Shown piece after piece: positions 1 to 12,400 of a stretch of 64,000 nucleotides of DNA. Under the pieces are notes generated by a model. That model made no database searches and was not told the origin of the DNA. It saw only the letters and a program-made list of their open reading frames with translations. Source of the DNA: Owenia fusiformis (Eukaryota); NCBI GenBank assembly GCA_903813345.2, contig CAIIXF020000001.1, forward strand, positions 32,488,001 through 32,552,000, read 5' to 3'. The position numbers and the translations under genes were made by a program. The first letter of the stretch is position 1. The number at the start of each line of letters is the position of its first letter.

Positions 1-60
1 GTGAGATTCCATGCTCAATGTCTATTCCATGCTCAATGTAACTACAAACATGAATATATA

Positions 61-1313
61 GAGATTATCCTATATGAGGTTCAGGATAGTGGGATTATCC
101 CGTGGCCAATATAATATATCTGCCCGAGGGCATATATATAGTAGCCCGGACAGAATTGTTCAATGGTCACTTTTTCTTTAATAACTTTTTTAATTTTCAG
201 TATTATCAAAATCTGATCACATATTTGAAAACTAGAGTAAAATTCTGACATACAAAAAAATATTTAAGGAACATCTCTTAATTTATTGATATTATAGGCG
301 TTCATAGTATGACTGACACAAATATATAATTCATCCTTTTGCCTCATATTTGTTCAAAATGGCGGCATATTTTGGGAATTTGAATGTTCAGTTGAAAGTT
401 GATATTTAAAGATTGTCATTGGACTAAAGGGCCATGCTGCCACAGTTATAATCCTGATGTAATGCAGCAACTGACCATTTATCAAAAACAAGAAGTTAAC
501 TCCCTCCAAGGGTATTATGATATCAGCTCTATTGAAATGTTAGGGGTTGTGTTCAAGAGGATGTGAAAAGGTGGCGCCCCAATGTGCGAGTTGTGTAGAG
601 AGTAGGTCCTCAATCCTTTCAAGAGCTCCAAACAGCCATCTCAGAGGCCATTGAAAAGCTGAAGAACAATTCACATGCATGCCAAGGATGGGTTAAAAGG
701 CATGTGATTGGGAAATACATTACAAACTGTGGCAGTATGACCCTATAGTTGCACAGATTAACAAACTAGGGTTGCTAATCCACTACGAGTAACAATGGAA
801 TGGCCAACATAAGTCCTGCGACCTTACCAATATACTGTACATACAATGTACAAACCTTTTTAAGTATTTGTATACATACAAGTCAATTGAAAACAAAAGG
901 TTATAAATGCAGTCATTACCTCATACCAAGGCAGCAGCCATGATTTCGTAGGCCTATGAGTTATGACATTTCTTAAATATTAGCTGTCAACTGAACATTC
1001 AAACCACAAAACATGCCACCATTTTTGAACAAATATGAGACAAAATGGTGAATTATGTATTTGCATCACTCATACTATGAACGTCTATAATATCAATAAA
1101 TTAAGAGATGTTCCTTAAATATTTTTTTTGTATGTCAGAATTTTACTCTAGTTTTCAAATATGTAATCAGATTTTGATAAGACTGAAAATTAAAAAAGTT
1201 ATTAAAGAAAAAGTGACCATTGAACAATTCTGTCCGGGCTACTATATATTATATTGGCCAAGGGATAATCCTAATATCCTGAACCGACCATAGGATGATC
1301 TGTTTATCCCATA
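61..1313. mobile_element. Hairpin-terminated element (host of the 139-1244 insertion)
   Basis: 61-138 and 1245-1301 are inverted arms (GGTTCAGGATA..GGATTATCCC.TGGCCAATATAATATA) around GCCCGAGGGC, followed by TTTATCCCAT as in the 16219 family. Confidence 0.6.
139..1244. mobile_element. Non-autonomous TIR element with about 270-bp TIRs, TAGT termini and 4-bp TSD (TATA); Academ-like
   Basis: TAGTAGCCCGGACAGAATTGTTCAATGG... versus ...CCATTGAACAATTCTGTCCGGGCTACTA. TSD length deduced by restoring the symmetry of the host hairpin. Confidence 0.8.
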
Positions 1314-2439
1314 CCACGCTTGGTCATTTCACAGTTCAGAAAGTTCAACCAACCGTGGAAATATTTTAGAATATTCATGTCCAGTTTTGTTTTCTTGGCC
1401 ATGGCCGAGTTTTCCTGTTCTTTCAGTTTTTTATTCATCCACATTTATTTTCTCGAATTTTTATCATTAACAGGATGCTCCTTCCCTTCCCATCGAACAG
1501 ATCGCGATGTCTGCGTTTTTCTTCATTGTCGTTTACAGTTATCATACGAATATTACAAAAAATGAACCAATATGCGAACGGCGATTATGATGTAGCGGGC
1601 AGATATACTATATCTGCCCGCTCGGAGCGGGACGTAAAGCTATATCTATATTTCATTTTTGCAAAACACCTGTTTTTGCAGCATTCACTCATTTCACAAC
1701 ACTTTTTGTCTTCGGATTAAGCCCATTGTGCATACAGCATTGTGGCTAACTGCATTCCCTCCACTCAGGACAATGACTATTTGAGATTAAACTTTGAAAC
1801 TGACTCATCATTTCATGGTGTTTTTCATGATTCAATATTATAGCTCCCATTGTCTGAGGAACTCCATATAAGACGCGCATGATGATGATTCGCTCAATCA
1901 CGCCATCACATTCTGGATGGTAAACGATCCATAAGTCTACATACACACCACGTTGACTCATGTTTCACTATTGCGCTTACTATATAGCATGTGAGAAAAA
2001 GATATTTTCTCTGTTATTTATAAAAACATGACAATCATCGGAAATGTGGCGGAAAAGACAATGTCTAGCCAAAAATGACATCATACTTATTTTGGTTATC
2101 TCAAGAGGCTGCATTCTATTATCTGAGAAAGATTTTTTAATGTCTATTTTCAATGATGGGTCGTTAATATAGTGGGATTTTGCTAAATGTACATTGGTTT
2201 GTTTGATGTGTTAGGACATATCAAACAAAAATAATATATATCTCTCTACTGGCCTGCAATATCCCTGCCTGTACCCACTCACTTATAGCATGTTTATTAT
2301 TTAAGGAATAAATAATGATAGGCCATTCAACATGGTGAAACTAGTTGAACAGAATGTCGTACAATGAACGAACCGAAGTGTATATTCTTACGTATAGACG
2401 GTGATTTATAAGAATGTCACACTTATGGACGTATAAAGC

Positions 2440-2851
2440 TTTATCCCATAGTTAGCATGATATTCAAAGGATAACATGTGAAAATAAAAACGGTATTTTT
2501 GTAATCAGTGGTTGACAAATTTTCACTTAACCATGGCAGATACGTTTTTTAGCCATGACATACGGCACCGTATGCGATGGTTTATGGATTTTTGCTACTT
2601 CAGACTCAAAACGAGGCTACTAGTGTCAACATCGCCGGATCGTTTGGAAAATTCGAACTAAATAACATTACTTAATTTCCGACGATTCTGATGATGACTT
2701 TAACTATGGAATAAAAAGATCATCCTATGATTTACTCGTGATATGATTTTAATCCACTCATGGAGTGGAGCTACGCTCGCTCGTGCAGATATCATATCCA
2801 TTCGTGGATAAAAATCATATCACTCATAAATCATAGGATATCCTCTATATA
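2440..2851. mobile_element. Asymmetric-IR plus terminal-hairpin element; copy of 16897-17331
   Basis: Near-identical to 16897-17331; begins TTTATCCCATAGTTA, partner TAACTATGGAATAAA at 2701, ends in a long hairpin ...CATAGGATATCCTCTATATA. Confidence 0.85.
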
Positions 2852-4339
2852 TGCGTTATACGGGAATAAGAAACATGCTATAAGAGAGTTGCGAAATCTC
2901 TCTATTATGTCTACAGTATACGTATCTTGAGAACTTCCTTCAACACCACCTTTCCAGACAATATGGCCATTTACATTAAGTTCCGCAGTCTTAACTTATC
3001 GGGGGGGGGGGGCTACTAGATATAGTATGGTTATTTCTGTGATTATAATGAGACTAGCAGGCTGGTAAATAAGGATTCAATTGTATAAGGTTGATGTAAG
3101 TAAGAATCAATCAGGATCTGAAAGTATCCAATCAAAGTGTCTAGTTCAAGTCTGGCATGAGAACTCAACAAGTTAGTACAGAGCATACATACTAGTACTT
3201 GCAATGTTGAAGAATCGATTGAAAATCTATGTTTTCATTTTAAACTAAACTTAGGATAAATAGCTATGCACTCCTCAATTACTTGTTTGCTCTTACGTGA
3301 GTGAAATACAGTTTTGGTAATTGAAATATCATGTTTCTAAGGTTTGTTTGCGATATTAGAATTTAAATCTGGTTTTCTTTTCACAGTTGCATGATTGATT
3401 TTATACAAGAGGGCAGATAAAATAACTGACCGATTGGCCATATGGCTTATTGCGCGTTCTTGGGATCAAGAACATTGAAATGTATTGCATCAAAGCTTAC
3501 TTTAGCACGTGGAATGATGTAACTCTCCGTGATCCTTTCTATGCTTACGGGCTTCAATTCTTCTACACTCGTATGGGTTACAGAATCATGCATAATGACT
3601 TACATCTTGACATGAGGCAATATGAAAACATAGCAAATGGCATTTTCTACGACAGATTACGTTCGTTGACGAGATATTGCAGAATGTTTGGTTTATGTAA
3701 AATAAGTAAAATAACCTCCCCATTTTCTTCAACTTTTGGGTGGTCCTTTTCCTCTTTTGGCCATATACCAAACAAATACAATTTAATATGTTAATTATAT
3801 AATTCATCCCAGAACTATGTTAATTGTATAATTCATCCCAGAACTTGTCTGTTGAGTGAGTAATCACAAATATGCTATCTTCATGAGAAATGCAGTCTTC
3901 TAACAAAATAATTAATTTGTTCAAAATTTGCTATTTGAAAAAGTTTTATATTCGATAATAGTACATCCTATAAGGGTATATGTGAATAACAACAATGGTA
4001 GCACCTTCTTTTATGTTAAAATCTAACTTCTTTTCATTTAAAAGTCTCAACACTGAATCTATCCGGGAACGTACATAATGAGCGATTGAATATCACAATT
4101 CTTATATGTAGAGCTAAATCAATATAAATGTAGGCCTATATTCCGGGGTCTATATGTCTTGTAGAATATGTTGATGAATTTGTTTGATTTTTTTTTGGGG
4201 GGGGGGTTGCTCGGGGGAGCCCCCAGATATCTCCTTGAAATTGTGGACCTATCTTTTTGCTCGCTTGGAAGATTTTCTTTTATTTTGAGGTAGAAGGTAA
4301 TATTTGGTGACATATGTACAATGTATTTTAATGTGATAG

Positions 4340-5626
4340 CATGCCCGTAGCAAGCTTTTTGTGAGGGGGGGGGGGGCTCGAAACTCCCCCCGCAACCCCC
4401 CCCCCAAAAAAAAAATTCCCCATGCTAAACCAAGCCCCTTTGTATTGTAAAGGACAGTGGAGGATCCGCAAGCTGAGAAGGGGGCACCCACGCGCTTGCG
4501 CGGACAAACTTTTTAGGGCCCTAAAACCAAAATTTGGACCAACAATTAGAAAATCTATGGCACGTTTTTTGAAAATTTGGCCTAGCATTGAAAAAATAAG
4601 GCCCAAAAGGTCAAGTAATGCCCAAAAAGGACCAGTCAAGAAAAAAAATTTTAGGGCCCTAAAACCAAAATTTTGGCCAAAATTCTGAAAAAATAAGGCC
4701 CAAAAAGGTCAAGTTATGCCAAAAAAGGCCCACTTAAGAGGCCCTACAATATTTTTGGGCCAACATTTTTTTCTGGGCCCATCCTTTGGCCGCGCAGAAA
4801 ACCTTTTAGGCCCCTAGAACCAAAATTTAGGAAATTTATGGCACGTTTTTTGAAAATTTGGCCTAAACTTGAAGGCCCAAAAAGGTCAAGTAAAGGCCAA
4901 CTAAAGAGGCCCTACAATATTTTTGGCCCAAAATTATTTTCTAGGCCCATCCTAGGGCCGCGCGTAAAATTTTAAGGGCCCTAAAACCAAAATTCTGGCG
5001 AAAATTCTGAAAATTTATGGCCCGTTTTTTGAAAATTTGGCCTTAAATCGAAAAAAAATAAAGCCCCAAAAGGTCAATTAATGCCCAAAGAGGCCCACTA
5101 AAAAGGCCCTACAACATTTTTGGTCCAACTTTTTTTTTCTGGGCCCATCCTAGGGCCACGCATAAAAATTTTTAGGGCCCTAAAACCAAAATTGGGGCCA
5201 AAATTTTGAAAATTAATAGCCCGTTTTTAAAAATGTGGCCTGAAATTGAAAAAATAAGGCCCAAAAGGTCAAGTCATGCCCATAAAGGCCCACTAAAGAG
5301 GCCCTACAATATGTTTGGGCCAACATTTCTTTCTGGGCCCATCCTAGGGCTATGTTTAACAAAACACAAAGGACAATCATAAAAAAGAGGGAAAGGGGCA
5401 CAAATATGTCCATGAAAAAAATTGGGCCAACTTTTGAAAAATAATGCCCAAATTCGAAAAACAATGCACAGTAATGCCAGTTTTAAAATCTTAATTGCCC
5501 AGTGAATGTGGGGAAGAGCAAGTTTTTCTTCAAGAAAGCAAAAAGGTGGGTCCACATTTTTTTTCAGGAGATATCAGGGGGGGGGGCTCGTCCGAGCCCC
5601 CAGAGCCCCCCCTGGCTACGGGCCTG
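4340..5626. mobile_element. TIR element (CATGCCCGTAGC...GCTACGGGCCTG) with 5-bp TSD GATAG and internal ~140-200-bp GGGCCC-rich tandem repeats
   Basis: GATAG at 4335-4339 and 5627-5631; repeat units start near 4511, 4650, 4804, 4971 and 5170. Confidence 0.8.
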
Positions 5627-5878
5627 GATAGTGCCAATTTCTTTTCATAAACATTCCAAATTGACTAGACTAAGCTATTAAACAGGCAACTAAATGATTC
5701 GTTTGTTGTATTAAAATTGAGAGCTCGTTGTGTGTGTTATTGTCTCACTGGCGCACATGAAAGGGCTAAGACAGCCCTCCCCCACCCTAAGTCGGGGCCC
5801 GAAAAATGTGGGCCCACAGAAATAGGTCAAACTACAAAATGGGCGTAGCTACATATGCTGAATACGCGAACTTGGTTA

Positions 5879-6024
5879 TGCCTTGGTCATATTTGCTCCG
5901 ATTTTCACTACGGCGCCCGGCCGATTGAGTATTTTGTTCAAAATCGAATACTAGTACACTATTGAACAAAACACTCGATCGGCCGGGCGCCGGCCGATGG
6001 ATCGGAGCAAATGTGACCCAGGCA
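5879..6024. mobile_element. PIF/Harbinger-like MITE, TSD TTA
   Basis: TIR TGCCTTGGTCATATTTGCTCCGAT / ATCGGAGCAAATGTGACCCAGGCA; TTA on both sides; internally palindromic. Confidence 0.8.
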
Positions 6025-6606
6025 TTAAGCGTGATAAAAAAATGTGTTGGGGGCTCGGGCTACGGGCATGGATAGTACTTATTTGACTGTTTCGGATCGC
6101 CGATTGTACAAAGTGACTAGCTAAAAATATTGGAATAAAAACATGCTTGCTTTTCAGTTTATAATGATGAAGAACCGTTTTACTAAAATTGAGCTAATTC
6201 TTATAATTTTGGTTTCATATGCCTTATCGAATTTGGTGTTCACTTTGCGTGCGCGTTCGGGATTGTACCTGTCATTTACCCCATCAACCTAAATAACAAC
6301 TTATCAGCTAGCAAGTGTACATTGATTTGTGTCCACCTTGGTGTCAAAATGTAATAAAATGAACACGCTCGGGAGTTATCATAAATAGTAGTGTCATGTA
6401 GCGGATAGATAGCACCATTCCCAAAGTGAACCTCCCTGAATAAACAACTTTATGGAAGTGCCACTTTTTGTTCCATGGACGTGATAATTATAACTCTTGC
6501 TTTAATCATTTGCATATTTCGGGGATATGTATGTTTGGAATATATTTACTAGCTGTTAATGCAAAAAACGATGAGACACGGTTGTTTTTATTAAAAGTTA
6601 AAATGG

Positions 6607-6815
6607 TGATACAATTTTTATTTATTCGATTGTTTTCGGTTGTGGCTTGTGTCTCTAGGAAAGGACAAAGTACATTTTGGATTTGAATCCAATTTGTTTA
6701 TTTATTTACTAAAATCTCATATGATGATTCAATTTTTATTCATCCGATTGTTTTCGGTTGTGGCTTGTGTCTTTAGGAAGTGACAAAGTACAGTTTGGAT
6801 TTGAATGCAATTTGT
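6607..6815. repeat. Local tandem duplication, period about 118 bp
   Basis: CGATTGTTTTCGGTTGTGGCTTGTGTCT..GACAAAGTACA.TTTGGATTTGAAT occurs twice (units start at 6607 and 6725). Confidence 0.85.
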
Positions 6816-9132
6816 GTATCGTAGGATGACAAAATAATTGTAAATGTACGTACGGCCTTAACTCGGCAGCTGGTCAATTTGGTCAGTAAAATACACACGA
6901 GAGTTCCTAAAACCATACTTGAAATTTGATCTATCTATAATTGAAAACAGAAGTACCAATTTCAGTCACAGTTAGTCATCATTAAATCTTGGAACCGTCT
7001 TCACTTTCTTTTACTTTCTTTATCTTTGATAAAAATGTTTGTAACTCGAGACGCTATCAAATTTCAAAATTCATGAAAATTATTTAAGCGTTAAATGAAA
7101 ATGAAACGTTATCCTTATCATAATAGACCAACTGTCCATTCGTTACTCTGTATGCTTAAAATAGATTTTCCGTGCAAACCTTATATGTGCCTTGCATTTG
7201 TAGAATTTTTGTACAGGGAGCTGGTGACGTGTTTAAAGATTTGAGTCAGTGTAATGTGGACCAAATCATTCCTCAAAAAGGTGTTATTTCAACCTTTGCA
7301 CGTGATCATGCGCAGCATCGAGTGTGAAATTTAGGAAATAACGCCTGAGTGGAATGAATCAGTCACTATGTATCAAGTCTCGGGCTCGGTGAATTGTTGG
7401 TTATGTAATAAGAAATACTGTTTTCGGATTGGCTGGAATCGGACACACCTTGCCCGGCTATGTGTATCTATATTTTCTCTAGCTCGTGATCGGTTATGCT
7501 AAGTCGATTTCAGAGACAATGACTTCATTTTTATTCATTTTGACGAATAGGTTATTATGAGAAGGCTTGACAGATACAGTCCCTTTATATCTAGTAGAGG
7601 CGTTACCAAATTAAATGGAGCCCATTGCTGCTCAGAGAATGAGGTACCTACGGAGCAAGATTGTTGGATGAGATATTGGGAAAGTTCGTGATTTTTATTC
7701 AATCGTGTCTGTGACACGAGGTCTCCTTATTTAACAGTGCACGTCTTTCACTATCTTTCACATCGATACTCACGTTTTCATACAATGACATTGCCTCAAT
7801 CATGGAATCTCACTCAAAACACTACCTCTAATTACATATGATATGCATTATACCATACCACACACAGATCCGAGATTGCCGGATAAAACCTGTTAAAAAT
7901 GACTTATCCAAAGTTATCGCAACTTTGATTTACTTCCCATAAAAGTACAGAACTTTCCCAGCCATGCGACAAATCAGATATGACACATTGCGATAGTTTG
8001 AAGCATTACAACCGGAAAGTCGTTCTCCAAGTCAACTTAATTTCAACTATTCTTAATGTATACTAATCACTTCATAATAGAACTAGTATTTTGTGTTTAT
8101 ATTTCTATTAAGTAAAGCATGGTATTATCCACATAAGATTATTAAAATGAAATTAGATTTTGACAAGGGATAACTATAAGTATGGTGACACGTATCAATG
8201 TTATACACTCACATGTCGGGAAAATGATGGGGTTGAAATAAACAGTTTATGGTTATATTCGAAATTATAGATTCTCATTTCCAATATAGTAGTGGTAAAG
8301 TGTTAGGGTCAGCCTGTTCCCAAAAACATCTTTTTAAGGAAGATAAAGTTAAATTACTATTTAGTCAAAGCTTGACCGAATGATAACAGTATAAATTCGC
8401 CAACTTTGGAGATATCTTTACATACGAGGCGTGATCCAAGGCATGAATTAAATTGAAAACTATAATGCATATCCATTTAAGAAGTTTATATTCACTTGTT
8501 AATGTTTTACATTTGGTAAAATTGAATTAAATGTATTATAATCTGTAGAATAAAATACTTAGAATTATGGTAAATGGGGTAATCCGACAGCAATTGTTAT
8601 ATCAGTGATTTCGATAAAAGCTGACTTTTCGAGTGGGTTTAATAAATGATTTATGTAAGTTTTCATAGTTTTATACTTTTCCCTGTCATAAGATATTGGA
8701 TATAATTTGTCGCTAATACTAGTAATCTCAATAAGAATCAAAATCCAGAGAAAAAACTGTTTAATCTTCATTTGTTTTTATAATAAAATCCTGCATTTAT
8801 TTACGACTTGGTTTTGCGATTTGTTCAGAATCGTTTTCAGAAGAATGTGAATGGGGTTTCTTTACGTTCATATTTCTCTTTCAACTCTGCCATCACAATA
8901 TGGATGGTAGAACGATTCTCTAGTAAAGGAACACATACATCAATATTTTGTTCACTTGATGATAAATATATTATTCACATATACATTTATAAGCATTTGA
9001 TATAACATGTATTTGTCATTCGTACCATGTCTTCAATTTTAGACTTACTTGCAACAGCCTCAATCAACCTCGACATTATGTATTTATACATACTTTCACC
9101 TTTTATGTATAGGAGATACATATTTACACTGC

Positions 9133-9428
9133 TTAAGGATTTAAGCCCTGGGCTCAGTGCGATGTGGAAGTGGAATGACCATTCCTTGAAGGAGTTGCTT
9201 TCCAAAATGTAATGTTAATGTTAGGAAACAACGCCTGAAAGGGATGGTCATTCCACAATGCATTTTCAGAGAATATATTTTGCAATTGTGAAAGGAATTT
9301 AACCCCAAGACTTGATGCGTTGTGGCTGATTCATTCCACTCAGACCTTATTTCCTGAACTTCACACTCGATGCTGCGCATCTCGTGCAAAGGTCCATATT
9401 GCACTGAGTCAAGGGCTTAAATCCTTAA
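9133..9428. mobile_element. Hairpin/TIR element; related inverted fragment at 7233-7385
   Basis: TTAAGGATTTAAGCCCT.. / ..AGGGCTTAAATCCTTAA; 9311-9428 is the reverse complement of 7233-7385; hairpin core CACTCGATGCTGCGCATCTCGTG. Confidence 0.65.
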
Positions 9429-12400
9429 ACTTCATAACATATAATAAAGCCTACAGTTGGTACGAAATGTTGCTACTGTCTTCTATCTTCATCGGATGGT
9501 CTTAATTTCCTTCTTGTTTTTGCTAAACCATAGAATACATGTATATCTATTGAAACACGTGTTAGATGCGCACTCTGATTCTACTTCCCGTATCCTGTAT
9601 ATACATATTACTTGTCAAAAATTCAAGAGCGATTGATCTAAAATTAAGACGGTCCTGACCCAAATCCCTTGTTTACTTCACAATCTTCTCTCAAAATTCT
9701 GCCATTCTGATGTTATTGCAGTGTATTCCAGCACTACCTTGTCGGACCAAAGGTCCATATTTGCTGTTGAAAACATATTTCATTGCAATTCTGGTTGAAT
9801 AAAAACATACAAGGGGATTGATTTCTGGCGAGAGCCATTTATATTATGAAATACTGTATTTGATATTAAGATTGGTTCATTGGTTCAAGTGTTCTATTGT
9901 CTGTGGTAAATTTGGCCCGAAGGAAATTGCAATTCCATGAGACATTCGAGCCACCTAACGTAGCAGTGCGGAAGATTTGGAAGCTCTTGGTCAGCAATTT
10001 ACCCATACACCGTTAATTTTATGGCCCAATGATAGAAGGTATTATACAGACCAAGTAGGTTTGAAAAATGACCGATGGGAGGGAGTGCCTGTGTATAGTT
10101 TTATTGCAAAGATGAATACCTCCACCATGGCTACCAGAGGGAGGTATTGACATTTCTGATCATATTGGTCGACTACTATGCAAAGTAAGTCGAGTATATA
10201 TGCGATCTGACAAGTTGTCCACGCACTGTTGTAAACACGTCAAAGTGTTTGATATATAAAGAACTTCGTAGTTTAGATCATTTGTACTACATGTATGATG
10301 GTGGGCAGTTGCTCTAGGGTAAAAGACGGGGCAGATGTTTGGAAGCCCAAGTGGCTGGTCTGACTTTGGCCAGTAGCAAATGAAACTCTATACCCCTAAT
10401 CACTGGAACATTTTACTACGATTAAAACATCCATATTCTAAAGCTAGTGAAACCTTATACTCCATTCCCGTGAGATATGGTTGCAAATCGATGAAACTTT
10501 ATCCGGACCCCATACCAGCAGAGACATCCTATCGCCTTAAAGTGAGAGAAGATGAAAAAGGCCAATGGAAATCTGCATAAATAAAAGTCTTCGTCTCTAT
10601 TTATTTTGGTAAACTCCCATGACGGTGATATGCCATCTTGTTTGAAAGTGGACATTAAATGATACATTGTCAATATTATGCATGTTTTACGACTTTTAAA
10701 GTAGCCAGGCTCTTTTCTTCGTTGAACCTTCCTTGAATCTTTGATTTTACCATTAACGACACCTTTTAGAGAAAACAGAGCTCGTTTTGATTATTAAAAC
10801 TCCTACATTTCTAACAGTCTCAGGGAAGAAAGAGTTACACAGGATAATATAGAAAAAGAGGAAAAAACAAACAAAATTCCAATATCCGTATTAATATATT
10901 ATTATGTACACCTTAAAGACGCCATCTATCAATTAATAAACTAAGGATAACCAATAAAGAAATCTCCCACAAATGTTTTCAGTTCTAGTATTTTAGTTCT
11001 CGCGTTCAAGTAAACATTTTGTCAGCTTCTCCTTTCTAAGAATAATGAAATTCGCACAAACTTGTTCCGGTTTCCGGCTGTTCGAAGTATTATTGTTTCC
11101 AGTCATTTAATTCAAAAGGAATAAAGGTCCTCAGTTGCATAACTCTACTCTATAGAGGTCTGCGTCCATTATTTGAATATTAGATTCTATTTGATTCAGA
11201 AAGTAAAAGGAAATTTCTAAAAGTTATCTGACCCTTTCAATATCTGTCGTTTCATTGCATAAGGGAAAGGGTCTTTGTAAGAAATAACGATCATTGTACC
11301 GTTGGGTAGAACATTTATTGCTATTCATACATATTTATGTTTCTTTCAATTTTGACGTGTATGCATTGAGCACTTTTAATTTTAGTTTCATTTCGGAAGC
11401 TTAACGCCATTCTTCCATTTTGGCTCGAGAAAAGTTAAAAGGTTGCCGCGGGCAAAATCACTTACGGCTGTACAGTATGATAAACCTCACTCGAAAGTTA
11501 TGCTGTGGGAATGTATTCAAGAGAGATCCAGGAAATCCCTCAACAAATTGTCAATAAAATACAATAACTAAACAAATCCTGGTGTATGATTGGACCTGCA
11601 GAAGCACGTGATGTTTTACTTGAACTATGTTTGAAACTGTCTGTTTGTTAGAGCTATGGAAGCATGGAACCAATTTTAATGAATCATTTCTTTAAATTGG
11701 TCATGACATCCATGAAGGTATATCTCTCCTGTATTGATCAATTAGTGCCCCAAAAAGATGTTTAAGTAATGATCGCTAATTGTGGCCCGAGGGTGGAATT
11801 AGAGAAGAGCATTGGCCACTAGTGAATGCGGGAATGAATGCCCCGAGGTGTGCAAATGAAAGGCCTGACCGATGGGCATCTGTCAGGTTTCAGCCCTGCA
11901 GGTCTCTGCACAGAACTACTCACGAGGAATCGTCTCCCTCATTTATCCTTGGGGTGGGCCTAGGATGAAGAAATGTTCTTCATCCTAGGGTGGGCTTATT
12001 AGTGATACAATCTTCGGACGTTTCTGCACATAATACAGTATATCAGTAAGTCAGTATGTTTTAGGGTTCAAACAGATCATGAAAACTATTCGGTCTTATT
12101 TTAAATCTTTATCTTTGCAACTGTGGATGTCTTTTTTGTCACTACCCTAATGCAGAATCAAACTATAGAAAATTGGAGAATTTCACATCGGCACCCAAGC
12201 GCCGAGAATCCGAGAATTATATTCTTTAAAATTGTACATGCATGCATTATGAAACACATGCAAATGCGAAGGACGAGTATAAAGACTTAGATTCAAACTG
12301 AAATCTTAACAAAAAATATATAACGTTTTACCATAGACACCCATAATGGCATTCGACTGAAATTCCGTTAGTATGGAAAGATGAATGTGACTGACATTAA

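Noticed and set aside
420..960. Possible Tc1 transposase remnants (WP..SCDLT, PQSFQELQTAI) inside the first element
   Set aside because: Motifs are short, frameshifted and in the wrong order, and the termini/TSD do not fit Tc1.
1594..1622. Perfect 14-bp-stem palindrome as ncRNA or terminator
   Set aside because: Shares TATATCTGCCCG with the hairpin element at 116-126, so it is most likely part of that repeat.
9800..10150. Coding-looking stretch (..EDLEALGQQFTHTPLILWPNDRRYY..)
   Set aside because: Interrupted by stops, with no recognisable family or splice structure; needs BLASTX.
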